A DNA stretch of 64,000 bases from Paraspadella gotoi (lineage: Eukaryota > Animalia > Chaetognatha), in NCBI GenBank assembly GCA_051294375.1, contig CM119263.1, positions 21,560,494 to 21,624,493 on the forward strand, in the 5' to 3' direction. Every line of letters begins with the position of its first letter. Position 1 is the first letter of the stretch. Below, one piece after another: positions 11,901-24,855 of the stretch. A model generated the notes under the pieces. That model searched no databases. It had not been told where the DNA came from and worked only from the letters and a program-made list of their open reading frames with translations. Position numbers and translations under genes: made by a program.

Positions 11901-14579
11901 TGGGGTGAGTTATTAGTTCATCGTTGGTGAATGTTAGATTACAATATGAAACTTCCGTATTATTTCTATCAATTTGTAAAATCTTGTCAGTGACCTGCTT
12001 TACAAAAAGAAGGAAAAGCGTTGGATGGATACGGGGGACGTCGTTAAAAATCCGAAGTTGGCCCAAGGTGTGAATTTTATTTTAGTATTTATTTTTAAAA
12101 AGTTATAATTTTACTTTCGCCGACTAAGGTTAGGGGAAGTTTAAAAGTAATTTTGAGTTAAAGCTAGTTAGTTAAAAAAAACAGTTGGATAATTTTTAGG
12201 TCAAGGATCGAGCGGTAGATAATTTTTATTTTTAAATTTTTTTTAATGAAATTAATGTAACCAATTTATAAATGATATATTCATGACTTTTGACAGGCTT
12301 TGGTGGTTTAAGGCCTCCCTCACATTATTTAAGTCAAAATCCCAGTCGGCGAAAGTAAAATTTGACCTAAAGAATCGTGACGGGCGTTGGTAATTTTTTC
12401 CCCATTTTAGTCCTCCGAGCCGTGGCCCGCGACGGCCCCAACGCCCTCTACAATGGGGAATTCACGGACCGCGCCGTCTCAGAAATCAAGGGTCGCGGCG
12501 GCATTCTCGTCAGGCAAGACTTTGAGAATTACCGCGCCGTCGAAAGGAAGCCGGCCGTCTACACCATGAGGAACGGATGGAAGATTTACGGGTCTCCGCC
12601 GCCCACTTCGGCGGCTGTTGTCGAGTTTATCATCAACATTATGGAAGGTTCGTCATTTATATTGACGTTTAGCTATATTTAAAGCCCATCTCATTTTTGT
12701 CCATCATTTTAAACTTGTTTTGTATATTGTACAAGAACTATCATTTGACGAACGATTGTAATGTCGATCTTCAGGATATCCGATCAACGAATCGACGCCA
12801 TTGGACGAGGAGGCTCTTCTTCTTCACTTCCACAGGTGCTTTTGTGGTTTTTTTTATCTTTGTGTACTTAATCCGTTCACAGTAGCAATTCGAATTTTTT
12901 CCTTTGCCCTTTTCCTAAGATTCGTGGAGTCGTCCAAGTTCGCCTTCGGCAAGCGTAGTTTGTTTGGTGATCCCAAATTTGTCAACGTCAATTCAATCGT
13001 CAAAGATCTCGTCTCTCATGGTTTCGCCGAATCGATCAGAAAGTAAGTCTTTCACGGGATCCTCAACATTTCCTTCGTACTTGCACGGCTTAATCAAAAA
13101 CAATTTTTATTACATTATTCACAGGCAGATCACTGATCGACCGCATGCTCCGTGGGTCTATGGTCACTCTGAGGCCGTTCCGCTAACGGGAACTAGTCAC
13201 AGCAGCCTTTTGGTAAATTTCATTTTTATGAAAAATTACGAAATTTCTGTTAGTTGTAGCGCTTAATGTTGTCCAAGATGTTTTACGCAAAAACAAACAC
13301 AGCTTTTGTTTTTCTCGCTTCGCGCAAACGCGCTACCTTTCGTGACTGTTCTATTGTTTTCCAGGCTCCAAACGGAGACGCGGTTGCCTTCACCTCGTCC
13401 GTCAACGGGTATTTCGGTACGAAAATCATCGGAGAGAACACGGGAATCATCTACAACAACAACATGCAGGATTTTGCCATCCCGGGCAAGCCGGACATGC
13501 ACGCGTTGCCTCCGGCTCCGACGAATCTCATCGAGCCCGGTGCGTGTGACGGTCTGATTGCCGCGTAATCCGAAATTGACATTGATGATATTAAATTACT
13601 TGACATTAACAATAAATCCAAAATGGCGATCTTTTGTTGGTTTTAGTTACTGTGAGTTTATTTTCGTTTTAGTAAGTCAGCTTTTCAAAACTGTAATTTT
13701 CACCACTACTCCAAAACCTTCCCCCCTCCAGGCAAGCGAATGATGAGCTCCATGTGTCCCATCATCGTGACAGACGACAAAGGAAAAGTCCGCGTGGTCA
13801 TCGGCGCCAGCGGAGGCGCAAAAATCATCACATCCGTCGCTTCGGTGAGACGCTTCTGAGAACGGGAGCGATTGGGCGTTGGATTTTGAAATTAGTTTTC
13901 CAAAGTTGGTTACCCTTTTTGGGTCAAGACCGAAAAAAAAATATTCCGATCAAAATGATTCTTTGGCCTGATTTTCAGATTTCATTCCCTTTGCTAACGA
14001 ATCAACTAACTTGCCAACTTTATACTAGTTTGTCGTCCATTCTCGTAAACTTTTTCCTATAAGTTGTGATTTACAACTTTCCCTACTCTTTTTCCTTACC
14101 CCCTTTCCTCACCGCCTCCCTAACCGCACCCTCTTCCAGGTTCTAATCAACCACCTGTTCTTCAAACAAAACATCAAAGAAGCGATCGACATGCCCCGCC
14201 TTCACAATCAACTATTCCCCGACTCCACAGAGTTCGAGGCGACGGCGCCCGAACCCGTCGTCCAAGACTTTCACGAGGAATTCCACCAACCCATTAAGGT
14301 AAGTTAAAGCCATGGGTAATTTTTATGAGTAATTTATGTTAAATTTAATCTTCTAAAAATTAAAATGTATAAGTGATACTGCTATTTCTAGGATTGTTTT
14401 CAGTTCAACTAACCTTATTCGTAATACTTAAAAAGTAATTAAAATTACCAGTCTTTTCCCTTTCACAGAAATCGCGCGAATGGCGAATCGGAATCGTCCA
14501 AGCCATAACGGTCGACGACAATGGCGTCATCAACGCCAACTGCGATTACCGCAAAGGCAGCGCCCCCGCGGGATTTTAG
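8902..14579 (+). CDS. GGT: Gamma-glutamyl transpeptidase (glutathione hydrolase), type II membrane protein, ~16 small exons
   Basis: Spliced fragments carry the GGT motifs in order: N-terminal TM (AFYGLAGAFVLAFIIVLAV, ~9330-9417), AAVASD..CSKVG (~10771-10874), GGSAVDAMIA..HSMGIGGGF, IDARDCAP, SIAVPGELQG, GGIL..DFENY, SPPPTS, FVESSKFAFGKRSLFGDP, catalytic GTSH (~13190), TSSVNGYFG..GIIYNNNMQDF, PGKRMMSSMCP, IGASGG, PRLHNQ, DYRKG..AGF*. Stop codon at 14577-14579. Confidence 0.95.
9838..9912 (+). mobile_element. Degenerate tRNA-derived SINE-like head in a GGT intron
   Basis: GC-rich island with A-box-like CAGCCGGGTGGCTA and B-box-like GGGTTCGCGCCC. Confidence 0.35.
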
Positions 14580-15211
14580 GAAGAAAATGGCAAACTTGAA
14601 CCCCCAGAGCTTTTCGCCCTCCATAGGGCGTACTGAGGACGTTTACTCGGTTTCGAAGAAAAATGTAGAAAGCTAATAACCAATTTTACATTTTCAAAAA
14701 TTATAAGCTTAATTTTTTAACAAAAAAACACGTGGGTCTCGAAATTGTAATTTTTTTATCAAATCTATTATTTAGAATCCGTCCATTTAGCCATGGGTGC
14801 AATTGTAGAACAGTAAATCGTGAGTTCGAAATTTTTTTTTTTTTTTTCATTTTACCTAGTCACTGCCGCGTATTTTTAACATTCTACGGAGGATTTACCG
14901 TCCGTTTTTTTTTCTGTACAGTAATATTCAATAAAAAAGTTTAATATTTTGGTGTTCAATTAATAAAGCAAATATTAAAGCTAAGGTAAAGCCATGTTTT
15001 TCAAAGTAGCTTAATATAGGATTCGACGTCGCTCTTAAAAATCGAAAAATATTTTTTCAATGGAGATTTTCGTTCAAATCTGACTACCAAACAATATAAA
15101 CGACCCCGGGAAAAATTAAGGAAAAATATAGATGTAAAAATGCTCATTCCAATAGCATTGCATCTGAAGAGCTCGTATTTTTTTATCTTGTCAAATCATC
15201 ATTTTGATATG

Positions 15212-15391
15212 GAAGAGACAGTAATTATTGTTATGACAGAACCATTCAATATAAACAGTCCCTGAGCTTCGGATCAGGCTGTAACACTATGTTACAGGCG
15301 GGTTAAGCGCCCCGTCCCTCTTAACTGCGAGGCGACCACCCGGCTAAAACCCCTGACCTTTAGGTTGGGAGGCGAATGACTTGCCTCCGGC
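15212..15391 (-). mobile_element. 5'-truncated LTR copy on the minus strand
   Basis: The reverse complement matches the LTR from GCCGGAGGCAAG to ACTGTCTCTTC; the twister region (15255-15328) is retained. Confidence 0.85.
15255..15328 (-). ncRNA. Twister-like ribozyme (type P5) in truncated LTR
   Basis: The reverse complement retains UAA, GA-CGG, UCCGAAGC, P3 and P4; the terminal P5 pair is G-U. Confidence 0.68.
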
Positions 15392-17846
15392 GGCACTTTT
15401 TTACATCTATGCCCCCTTGCTGCGGCTCTTGAAGCAGCAGATTAAAACACGTGCTTTTGCTGCTTCCATTGTCGCTTTATGCATCATTCCTTTTGTCGTC
15501 GCTCTCACCGTCGCAACTGCTTCCTCCATCGTTCAAATTATAGTTGTCGTTTTTGTCGATCTCGATCCTGACCGATGTCACCCAGCAAGTCAGTTTTCAT
15601 CTCTGATTTTATATCGAAATAAAAAGGATTGGCTTATTTTCAATTCGCCGTCCGGGATTTTGCGGTCGGTTATTTGTTTTTTGCTTTTTAGTAGCAACAT
15701 ATCTCGTTGCGGAAAAATAAAAAAGACGCTGTTAAGGTTAAAAAAAATTGATTACGAATTTTATTTCGAAACCTCGCCTATTCCCTAACTACCCCTAATA
15801 CTTAACCACCCCTAATCCCTAACGAGTAACCACCCTTACCCTAATTACTAACCGTTTAAAATTTAAAACATTAATTTTTTTTTTATTTCGTTGCGTTATT
15901 TGTTTGGTGTATAATGAATTGTTTACATACGAGTTTTAAGAAACAAAGTTCGGACATATTTCGGCATCAATCAGTGCAAAAACGTATTGATTTGTAAAAT
16001 AAATATTTTTAGACTTTGAAGTTTATAAGGTCTATAAATCAATTCATTTTTGCGCTGATGAAAGCTTACATTGAAGAATGTCTGAAATGTGTTTTATTTT
16101 CTACCTCAAACATAAAAATAATAATTAAAATAAATTTAAAAAAATTGTATTACTGCACAGTGTATATTATTGTGCGTACTAAGACTCGACGCTAAAGGGA
16201 AAACAAAAATGGATAACAAAGTACCGACCGTTGGTATCTAAGGTTGGTAGCGGACGCCGAATAATAGCTTGCTCGATAGTCATTTTTTTAACTAAGGTTA
16301 TTAAGAGTGAAACTAAATTTTTGCTCAACTGTCGCACCTACCCTTACTTTCACCGGTCGTTTGGAGATTTTGTGTCACTGATAAAATCGAACTAGGTGGA
16401 TCTCAAATTTAGGTTATATACATTGTTTTTATATTTAAAATTGAATGTGGGGGTTTTAACGAATTTCCTTGGGCGGCCCAAATTATACAAACGTGACGAT
16501 AAAGATGACAACGAAGTCTGTTTCTCGGAAAAAAACCTTTATCAGATTAACCGAAAGAAATCAATTTCTCTGTTACCTTTGTTTTAATGACTAAATATTT
16601 CTCGTTTTGGGTAATTCCTTTTGTTACAAATTTTGTTCTCTTGGCGAAAACTGATAGAATTTCTTAATAATTCTCGATAATTGTCACCATAAAAAAACAC
16701 CAAAAAAAAAATTAACTCGACGTATTGTTTTTGTACCTCGCTCATACCAAGGCTTTTTTCGCCGAAAATTTTGCTTTTAATCATTTTAATCGTTTTAAGG
16801 TTATAATGTACACCGATTTCAAAGATCAACGGCTATGGAACGAGAGTTTCGCCGTTTTATGCAGCGAGATTGGGATTCGTCGGGCAGGATACGCCTCTCG
16901 AAAATTCGTTCGCCCACTACTAAAGCTTCCAAAATATTTGCGGTCCAGCGCTTTCATTGTTTTACGACGAAAAAAGATAACAAATGAGGACAGAAATCAA
17001 TTCGAGTGAAGAATCCAGTTTCGGTGACACGGTCTGTTTGATTCAACATTAACACTTACCCGCTAGATTTTAATTGTAAGTTTAGGGAGCATAAACTATA
17101 AGTTTAAGTTTCAACAAGTTTGAAAAATAAATTTTAATCTGATACTTATGCTTTTCTGTTTATGACCAGTGTCCGCGATTGATCCCTAATTAAATTTTAT
17201 GGAATTATCGTTTTATTTTTAGTGCTATTAGTCTTGCTCTATGCTTATTTAACGTTTGAACTGTCAAATTGTTTCTTTTATTTAAAAAAAGTTTGAAAAA
17301 TGAAAAGACCCATGAGAGAATTAACTAATTAATTTTGTATTGTTAAATTTTCGTCCTGTCAGAGCGGCACCGGCACCGTCGCTCCTTCTGGAAAGAAGTG
17401 GAAAGGTAAGATTGAGGCGAGGTCGTTGACACCGAGTGACGCTTTTTTATCGGTCGTCGGGTCACGCATCAGTCTCATTGTCGGGAAAAAAAAGTTTTCG
17501 CGTGAGAAAAAAAAAATATCCGTTTTCATCCTGGTCGTCATCGTCGAAGTCGTGCTTAAAAAAAATATTGTTACTTGGTTTTTTAAGATGTTAGACTAGG
17601 TTTTTCGCAACAATAGCAGAAAATCGAAAATTCGTTGCGCCCCTTTTACGGGGTTGTGAAATAATTTATGAAATTAGTACAACCAATATATTGTATTCTT
17701 ATTGTACGTAGAATCTTCAAATGTATTACAACAATGAATGTCCATTTTTAAATTTTGGGTCAACCCCGAGAAAGTTGTAAAGTTGTAATCAGCTTGGTTC
17801 TCAGAATACACGGATTTCAAATGGGAGTGAAATGAAAAGAGTTGTT

Positions 17847-18080
17847 TATGGTGGACTAAAATCCACCAACCGTTCATCAGCGGCCATTGGTGCCGGAGGC
17901 AAGTCATTCGCCTCTTAACCCAAAGGTCCGGGGTTTTAGCCCGGTGGTCGTCTGGCAGTTAAGAGGGACGGGGCGCTTAACCCGCCTGTAACATGGAGTT
18001 ACAGCCTGATCCGAAGCTCAGGGACTGCTTATATTGAACGGTTCTGTCATTAACACTTATCAATAATTACTGTCTCTTCA
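17847..18080 (+). mobile_element. Solo LTR of the twister/tRNA LTR element
   Basis: Full 234-bp unit flanked by TSD TGTT (17843-17846 and 18081-18084). Confidence 0.9.
17955..18028 (+). ncRNA. Twister-like self-cleaving ribozyme, type-P5 permutation (best-preserved copy); predicted cleavage at U/A 17978/17979
   Basis: GCAGTT(P5) AA GAGG(P2') GA CGG(T1) GGCGCT TAA CCC(P2) GC(T2) CTGTAAC-atgga-GTTACAG(P3) CCTGA(P4) TCCG AA GC TCAGG(P4') GACTGC(P5'). The L4 CCG pairs with CGG and GC pairs with GC. P1 is minimal and P2 is 1 nt short of the usual 4 bp. Confidence 0.75.
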
Positions 18081-19828
18081 TGTTATAACTTTTAACTGAT
18101 TGATTGTGATCAATATTAGTACATTTTATAAATTGGAAATTGGACGTTTATATTTTTTTAAAGCAAATTGATAATACTTTATATCATAATAACTGGTGCG
18201 CTTTTTTTCCAGCTTTTTTTACAATATTTTTCCCTTCTTATTTGATATTTCAATTTTAAACTTATTGTAAAAAAATTGAAACAAATATTTAAAATATTTT
18301 ATATTCATTAGTTAATATAATATTTTGGGAGTATGTAAAAAAATTTTATTAATAGATTTTAAGGTTTAGTTAGGCAACAGGTTTTTGCCAGATTATTATT
18401 TTTTTATAATTTTTTTTTACGCTGAAATTTTTATTTTTTTAATTAAAAAAAATTAAAAAATGAAAAAGGCTGTTAATGTGGTTATGAATAAGCTTTTGAC
18501 ATTCAGATTATTTAGACACATACTCCACTATTTATATTTGTAAGATAAACCGAAATTTTTAAATATTTTTTTTTATAAAAATATATTTTATAATAATGTG
18601 TTATTCAAATACAAATTTTTTTTTTTAAATTCGACCATGCAATTGATGAGCACATAACTAAGAATGTAAGCAAGCAAGATTATTGGCAGTTGGAAAATGA
18701 TAAAAAAATTGTTATGGTTTTTTTACCAAAGTACAAAATCTGCAGTTGTTATAACAAATAATTTAGCCACAGTATTTGATCCTTTCATTTCACTCCCATT
18801 TGAAATCCGTGTAATTTTGTAACTTTACAAAGTAATCAAGCTCTGTCTACCGTTTTATTCCGTTGTTTTGTCTCGTGACGTCAATTTGTTTTTTATACTC
18901 GGTTTAATCGTGAGGAACTCGAGACATAAAAAAAAGCTATAGAAAATTAGCGAATTGTGACCAATGAAACTTGATCATTGACTGGAACTGAATTCCTCTT
19001 TCTTTTCGTTGTCGTCGTCGCCGTCGTCGGCATCGCGTGATTCTTAGCGAAGAAAGAAAGAAATACGAAAAAAAAAACCATTTTGGAAACAGAAAAAAAA
19101 ATTAAAATGTGGCTAAGGTGCGACGGTATGGCGGTAAAAAATTATTCTCGCTACTGGATGCGGATGGAATGTCGGAACAAGGATCGTTCAGATTTCGAAC
19201 AGATATCATTTAATATTGACGAATGTAGCTGTAGTATTTCATACCCCGTTACTCGTTCGAGAATCAGCAGCACCTATGGCGCCAGAGGTAGCACGAGCTC
19301 CTCCCAACCCAAAAAAATATATTTGTACAATGTACAGGGCTTGGATTAAAAGTTTTTGATTTTATTTAAATGGCAAGAGAATTTTAAATATTTTATAACA
19401 AACGTAAAAGAGCTCAAATGAAAGCTGTCTATTCTAATTTTCAATTATTAACTTAGATTATAAATGAAATCAATATCCCTCTGCGCCTAAATAGATCTAA
19501 TGTTGAGTCCCCAGTAACGTAAGATTTCCATAAAGTTTGCTGCATCAGATGCGACTTGAAAAGACAAATGTGGAGGAGAAGTGATAATATCAACTCATGA
19601 GCGATTTAATGGCTAAGCTTTTGGACAACTTCAAAATTTAAAAAAATATGATTTCAAAAATTATAAATACGGGTGAGAAGACAATATAGAAAAATTAAGG
19701 CAAAATAATTATCAAAGAACATGTCCACGTCCCCAAGCAACATTGATGAAATTACAATTCAAAAAAGCTTAGCTATACCTTATATCAAAATTTATCCACC
19801 AACCGTTCATTTGCTTATATCAAAATTT

Positions 19829-19967
19829 ATCCACCAACCGTTCATTTGCCTCCTAACCCAAAAGTCCGGGGTTCTAGCCCGGTGGTCGCCTAGCTGTTAA
19901 GAGGGACGGGGCGCTTAACCCGCCTGTAACATGGTGTTACAGCCTAATCCGAAGCTCAGGGACTGCT
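19829..19967 (+). mobile_element. Internally deleted, end-truncated LTR copy overlapping a 35-bp tandem duplication (19779-19848)
   Basis: ATCCACCAACCGTTCAT is joined directly to TTGCCTCCTAACCC, which removes the A-box; the B-box and twister region (19893-19966) are retained. Confidence 0.85.
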
Positions 19968-20030
19968 CAATGTAGGGCGCCTCAAGGCCCTAAAACCCAA
20001 GTTTGGAAGCATTCCAACCAACCCTAGTGA

Positions 20031-20643
20031 ATAAGACGTAGTAAAATTTATAAATTTAACTTTAATTAAAATTCTAAAAGTGAGGAACGAACAACATTAT
20101 ATTAATGAACATTTATGTAATAAAAAAATTTATAATAAATTTTACAATTTACGCAGTAGGCCATATTTATACTAATACTAAACCAATAAATGTTAAAATT
20201 TCAAAACAGTTTTTTCTAAGATTTTTTGGCAGATTTGGATTCGTCATAAAAAGTTGATAAAAAGAAATATAACTCTTTTTGAAAAATTATTTCATTAAGT
20301 GGGTCAAAAATTAGAAAAAGCTATATTTTAAGCTGAAAATTAATTTTTTATATATTAAATATAGTTTTTTTAATTTTTAACCCACTTAATGAAAGAATTT
20401 TTAAAAATGATTTATATTTTCTTATATCAACTTTTGATGAGGAATTCAAATCCGCAATCAAAATTAAGAAAAGCCTATTTTGAAATTTTTCGATTTTATA
20501 AGGATAGTACTATATGTAAATATAGCCTACTGCAAAAATTAAAAAACATAAAATTAATTTTTTTTACAAATTAATGTTCACTGATGGTATGTTGTTCATA
20601 ATTTACTTTTAGAATTTTCGTATGTAACTTTCACTACGCCTTA
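20031..20643. mobile_element. Foldback MITE, nearly fully palindromic
   Basis: TAAGACGTAGTAAAA... versus ...TTTCACTACGCCTTA. The arms stay inversely similar towards the centre (20240-20330 versus 20355-20450). Confidence 0.7.
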
Positions 20644-21160
20644 CTAGTGAAGTTGTGAAAGAAAATTTGTAAAGACTTTTTACAAAGAGAAAGAAAAAGC
20701 AGTAAAAGCAGTCAAAATACTTTTAGAATAAGACTTCTCTACATTTGATTTAATTTCATAAAAATTTCTTTGGTCTCCTTCGAACGGTTCAGGAGATATG
20801 CATTTATTTGTGCTGCCCGTAAATTATAAACTTCAAAAAAAATTATTTCTAAAGCCCCGACGATTGCGTGAGACGTAGCGAATTTTCTCGAACCCCGTCA
20901 GTGATTCTTTTTTTAGCTCAATATAAAAGGGGACCTCGCGATTCGGTCAGGCAGAATGGAAATTCTCTTCACGATGACGAGACGAAGCATAAAAAAAGGC
21001 TTACGTCGGAAGAAAAGAAAAAAAAACAGAAAAATAAGGGGAAAAAAATAAAAGAAAAAAGTATCCCTTTCTATTTTTGCATTATTATCCTAAGGAGGGG
21101 ATTTCCAGAAATCTACTCAATAGATACATAAAAAATATGCTAATGCTACGAATAAATATC

Positions 21161-21216
<56 letters not shown>

Positions 21217-24057
21217 ATTAACATAAACGCCATAAAAATTACCCGAGGCATTCGCAATTAGAATAAAGATGAAAGATGGCCGTTTTATGAATGCTCAGAG
21301 ATTTCCCGGAAGCCTTTTCATTTTTTTTTTTTTTTTCAGGTAAAAAATAGTACACACTCAAATAAAATCTTTTTTTTTGTCAAAGACTTAGTCCTGTGTA
21401 AAAATAAACGCGCCACTTTATTTCAGACTTTAAAAATCACCCTATATACTTGAATTTTTTTAAAAAATTTAAAAATTATTTAAAGTTTATTGAAAGATGA
21501 TAAGTTTGGCATAAATTTTATTAAAATTTGGCTATTCGTTTAGGAACAATTATTTTTTTAAAATGAAGTATAAATTACTTGATAAATGTAAAATAATCTG
21601 ATAGATTTAACCTTTCTTCTTCTGATATTTTATAATACTTAAAATAATTTAAAAATTTAAAAAAATAAAACTGGATATCCAGAGGGATAGCTGGATAACT
21701 GGATTACCCCAAATCCCTAAATGATAATCGTACGGTTATTAAAACATACGATGAAAGACAGGTCCATGATTCTGAAGCTTTTACACGGATTTCAAATGGG
21801 AGTAAAATAAAATGATCAAATATTCTAACTAAATTATCTGATATAGCAACTTCAGACTTTGTACCCTGATAAAAAAATTTACTAAAGTTTTTTTTATTTT
21901 TCAACTCCCAGTAGTCCAGCTTACTTACTTTCTTAGTTATGTGCTCATCAATGGTATGATCAGGTTTAAAAAAAAATAATTTGAATTTGAATAAAACCTT
22001 CCTGTTATAAGATGTAGTTTTTTAAAAAAAATCAAATGTTTTAAAATTTTGGTTCATCTTACAGATATAGACATTGAAATATGTATGTGTCTGAGCAATC
22101 TGAATGTCAAAAGCTTTTTCATAACTAGCGGTAGCCGACCAAATTCAAATTTTAATGGGAACAGCATTAAACTAATCCATTATTGGTATTAATTATTGTG
22201 TTAAAATATTTTTTTGCAAAAATGTTCCGAACCATGAGTAATTTGCTAATTAATATTACTATATCGCTATATAATTTCAAAATTTTTTTGGATATTTTAA
22301 GTTTTTTTAATTGATTCTGATAGAGCTTAAAAAGTTAAGCAAAAAATATAATTACAACTTTTTAAAATTTTGATGTTTTATTACTAAAAATTAGTAAAAA
22401 CTGCTAAAATCATCGGATGATGATGATGATGATTTTTTAAGGTTTTTCCCAATTTTAACCCACTTATCATCAAAATATTGAAAAAAGAATTGTACTTTGT
22501 GTAGATAACTTTTCATACGCTATTTGAATCTGCTTTTAAAAATAATATATATATCCTATCTATAAATAAATATTAAAAAATTAATTACTAATGCTTCTTG
22601 CCATTTTAGAAAATTTTGCTACATTGAAAGTTTTCTCAGAAATGTATGAAGTTTCATTTGGAAAGGTTCTCAAATCAAACTTCTGACCCACCCCATTGAC
22701 GAAGTTTGGCTCTATCATAACCACAATGACAGCACTTTTAATTTTATAGTTTTTTTAGTTAAAAAAAATCCGTGTAGATAAAAATCGATTTTCCTGTTTG
22801 GTTTTGGAACACGCAAGTATAAAAAATTATTTTTTTTTGCACAGGACTGTATTGTTCGAATATTTTTCTCATTTTTATTCTTAGATTTTAAATTAATTAA
22901 ACTTAGCCAATGTTATTAGATGCATTTCTTTTTTTTACTAATGTTATCACCGCGTACTAAGAGCAGCTGGGATTCTGAACTTAATTTAACTTAATCTTGT
23001 CTCAAATGTAAAAAAAAGTCAGACGGCTATAAACGTGTTTTGTCAAAAAAGTCAAAAATGTAATTATTTTACTACTTTTTAAAATAATAATTCAAATTTG
23101 CCTAAAAAGAATAAAGAATAACCAACACAATAGGTCACAATTCTATTTTTTTTTTTTTAATTTACGAATTTTTATAGATTTATTAACAGATTTACAAAGA
23201 TTCGTTCAAAAAAGTTGAGAGGACGAAATATAATTACATGTATATAAATTATGTATCAATTTTAAAATCTTATGAAGAGTGTACTATGTAAAAATGAATA
23301 GCCTACTGTATATTTAAACAATAAACATTTAAAATTTGTACCGGACATAGCCAAGGTTCATCCCGGAATTAATCATAGTTTCCTGACACTTGCTCTCTAC
23401 CATAAAATGTCACTTTCATTCCATCAACTCACCCTCGATCATTCCCTTCGCAGCCCCTTCTTCGATCGAGCGATTCCGAGCTTCCTCCTTTTCGATGACG
23501 TCGTCGTCGTTATCGTCGTCGTTGCGAACTTCACCCACAATACCAAAAACTTTCTTTCCCCGTCGTCGTCGTCGTCGTCGTCGTCGAAAGCCTCATCGTT
23601 CGACGATTCCTCCAAAAAAAGAAGACGAAGATATTTAAAAAAAGACAAATCGACGAAGAACTGGATTTTTGTCTTCGATATCCGGGACTGGATACTTAAG
23701 AATCCGAATAAGTAGAATTGCGCGATCGAAAAAAGGGCAAAATGCCGTCAATCGACGGTCAATGACTTTGTCAAATAAGATGACAAAAAAATAAAATGAC
23801 AAAACTTGATATTTCTAAAAGGCCTGCTCGTTAACTGGAATCTACTTTTATAAATAAAATAATTAACGCGTGAAAAAAAATAAAGCCTAAAAATTACTTC
23901 TCACGAACTAAAACTAAAAATTAACAACAAAACAAAACTAAAAACTATGTTGAAAGAATTTCCGGCTTAAAACGAATTCGTTAAATGAACTAAAAAAATC
24001 GATTTTTCGGTGGAAAATCGAAATTTCAAATCAATTTATTTGTTTCGCTTTCGCGTC

Positions 24058-24818
24058 ATGAGTTTTCACTTCGTCTGCGTCTCTTTTCTTCTTTTCCTCG
24101 AATTCTGCGACTTCTCTCCCACGAGGAGGAGAAACGTTTTGAGTTCGTCGTTGTTGTTGTTGTCGTCGTCGTCGTCGTCTTTTTCGTTGTCCTCGTCTTC
24201 ACCGACAGATGGAGAAACGAAGGAGAATGACATCTCCGAAACTTGGTGGGCCGTGCAGATTCAGGTACATGCAGTAATTGCATAAGTTGTGATTGAAGGA
24301 TGGAGCTGCGTGTAAATTGGGTGCAGATCTGTGCAATTAATTTTCGGTTAGTGCTTTGCGGAAATAAAAAATGTCAGTTAGTTTTTAATTAAACTAAAAA
24401 ATATGTTTGGTAAAACTACCGTGCCCTTAAACTACAGATACAGTATTTAAAGTTTAAAAATACTTTCTTTCTTAGAAGTGAATAATCTTTAGGTCTTTTT
24501 CTTACTTACTTATGTTAACAATGGCAGCAGCTGTTTTTTTATACCCTATAATGTCCTCAAAAGTGTGAGTAATAAGCGGAAAATACCTTTTTAATTAAAT
24601 ATTTTTTTATTAATACAAACGTTATTTCAATATTAAGCGCAGATTTAAATACAACATTTAAAATTAAACTTTTATTCTCTCATCCATCAGCCTCAATAAA
24701 TATATCAAACAGATCTTAAACTTTCTTTAAGTAAACCATTGCACCTCGTAACTCTATCTCTCTCACTACTATTACCACCCCGAAATAAGTTTGTCGCATC
24801 GAAAACACTATTTGTTTC

Positions 24819-24855
<37 letters not shown>

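Larger units (their letters stand above)
17770..18842. mobile_element. MITE/DNA-transposon remnant into which the solo LTR inserted; another copy at ~21780-22130
   Basis: CACGGATTTCAAATGGGAGTGAAATGAAA at 17809, inverted at ~18784-18812, and again at 21784. Confidence 0.55.

Noticed and set aside
21389-22849. A single Tc1-like element defined by (T/C)AGTCCTGTG(T/C)AAAAA inverted ends
   Set aside because: The interior is a patchwork of other repeat families and the left TA TSD is unclear, so one element cannot be supported.
23390-23715. GC-rich (GTC)n island with short ORFs on both strands
   Set aside because: No recognisable domain or convincing splice context; it may be UTR or promoter sequence of the downstream gene.
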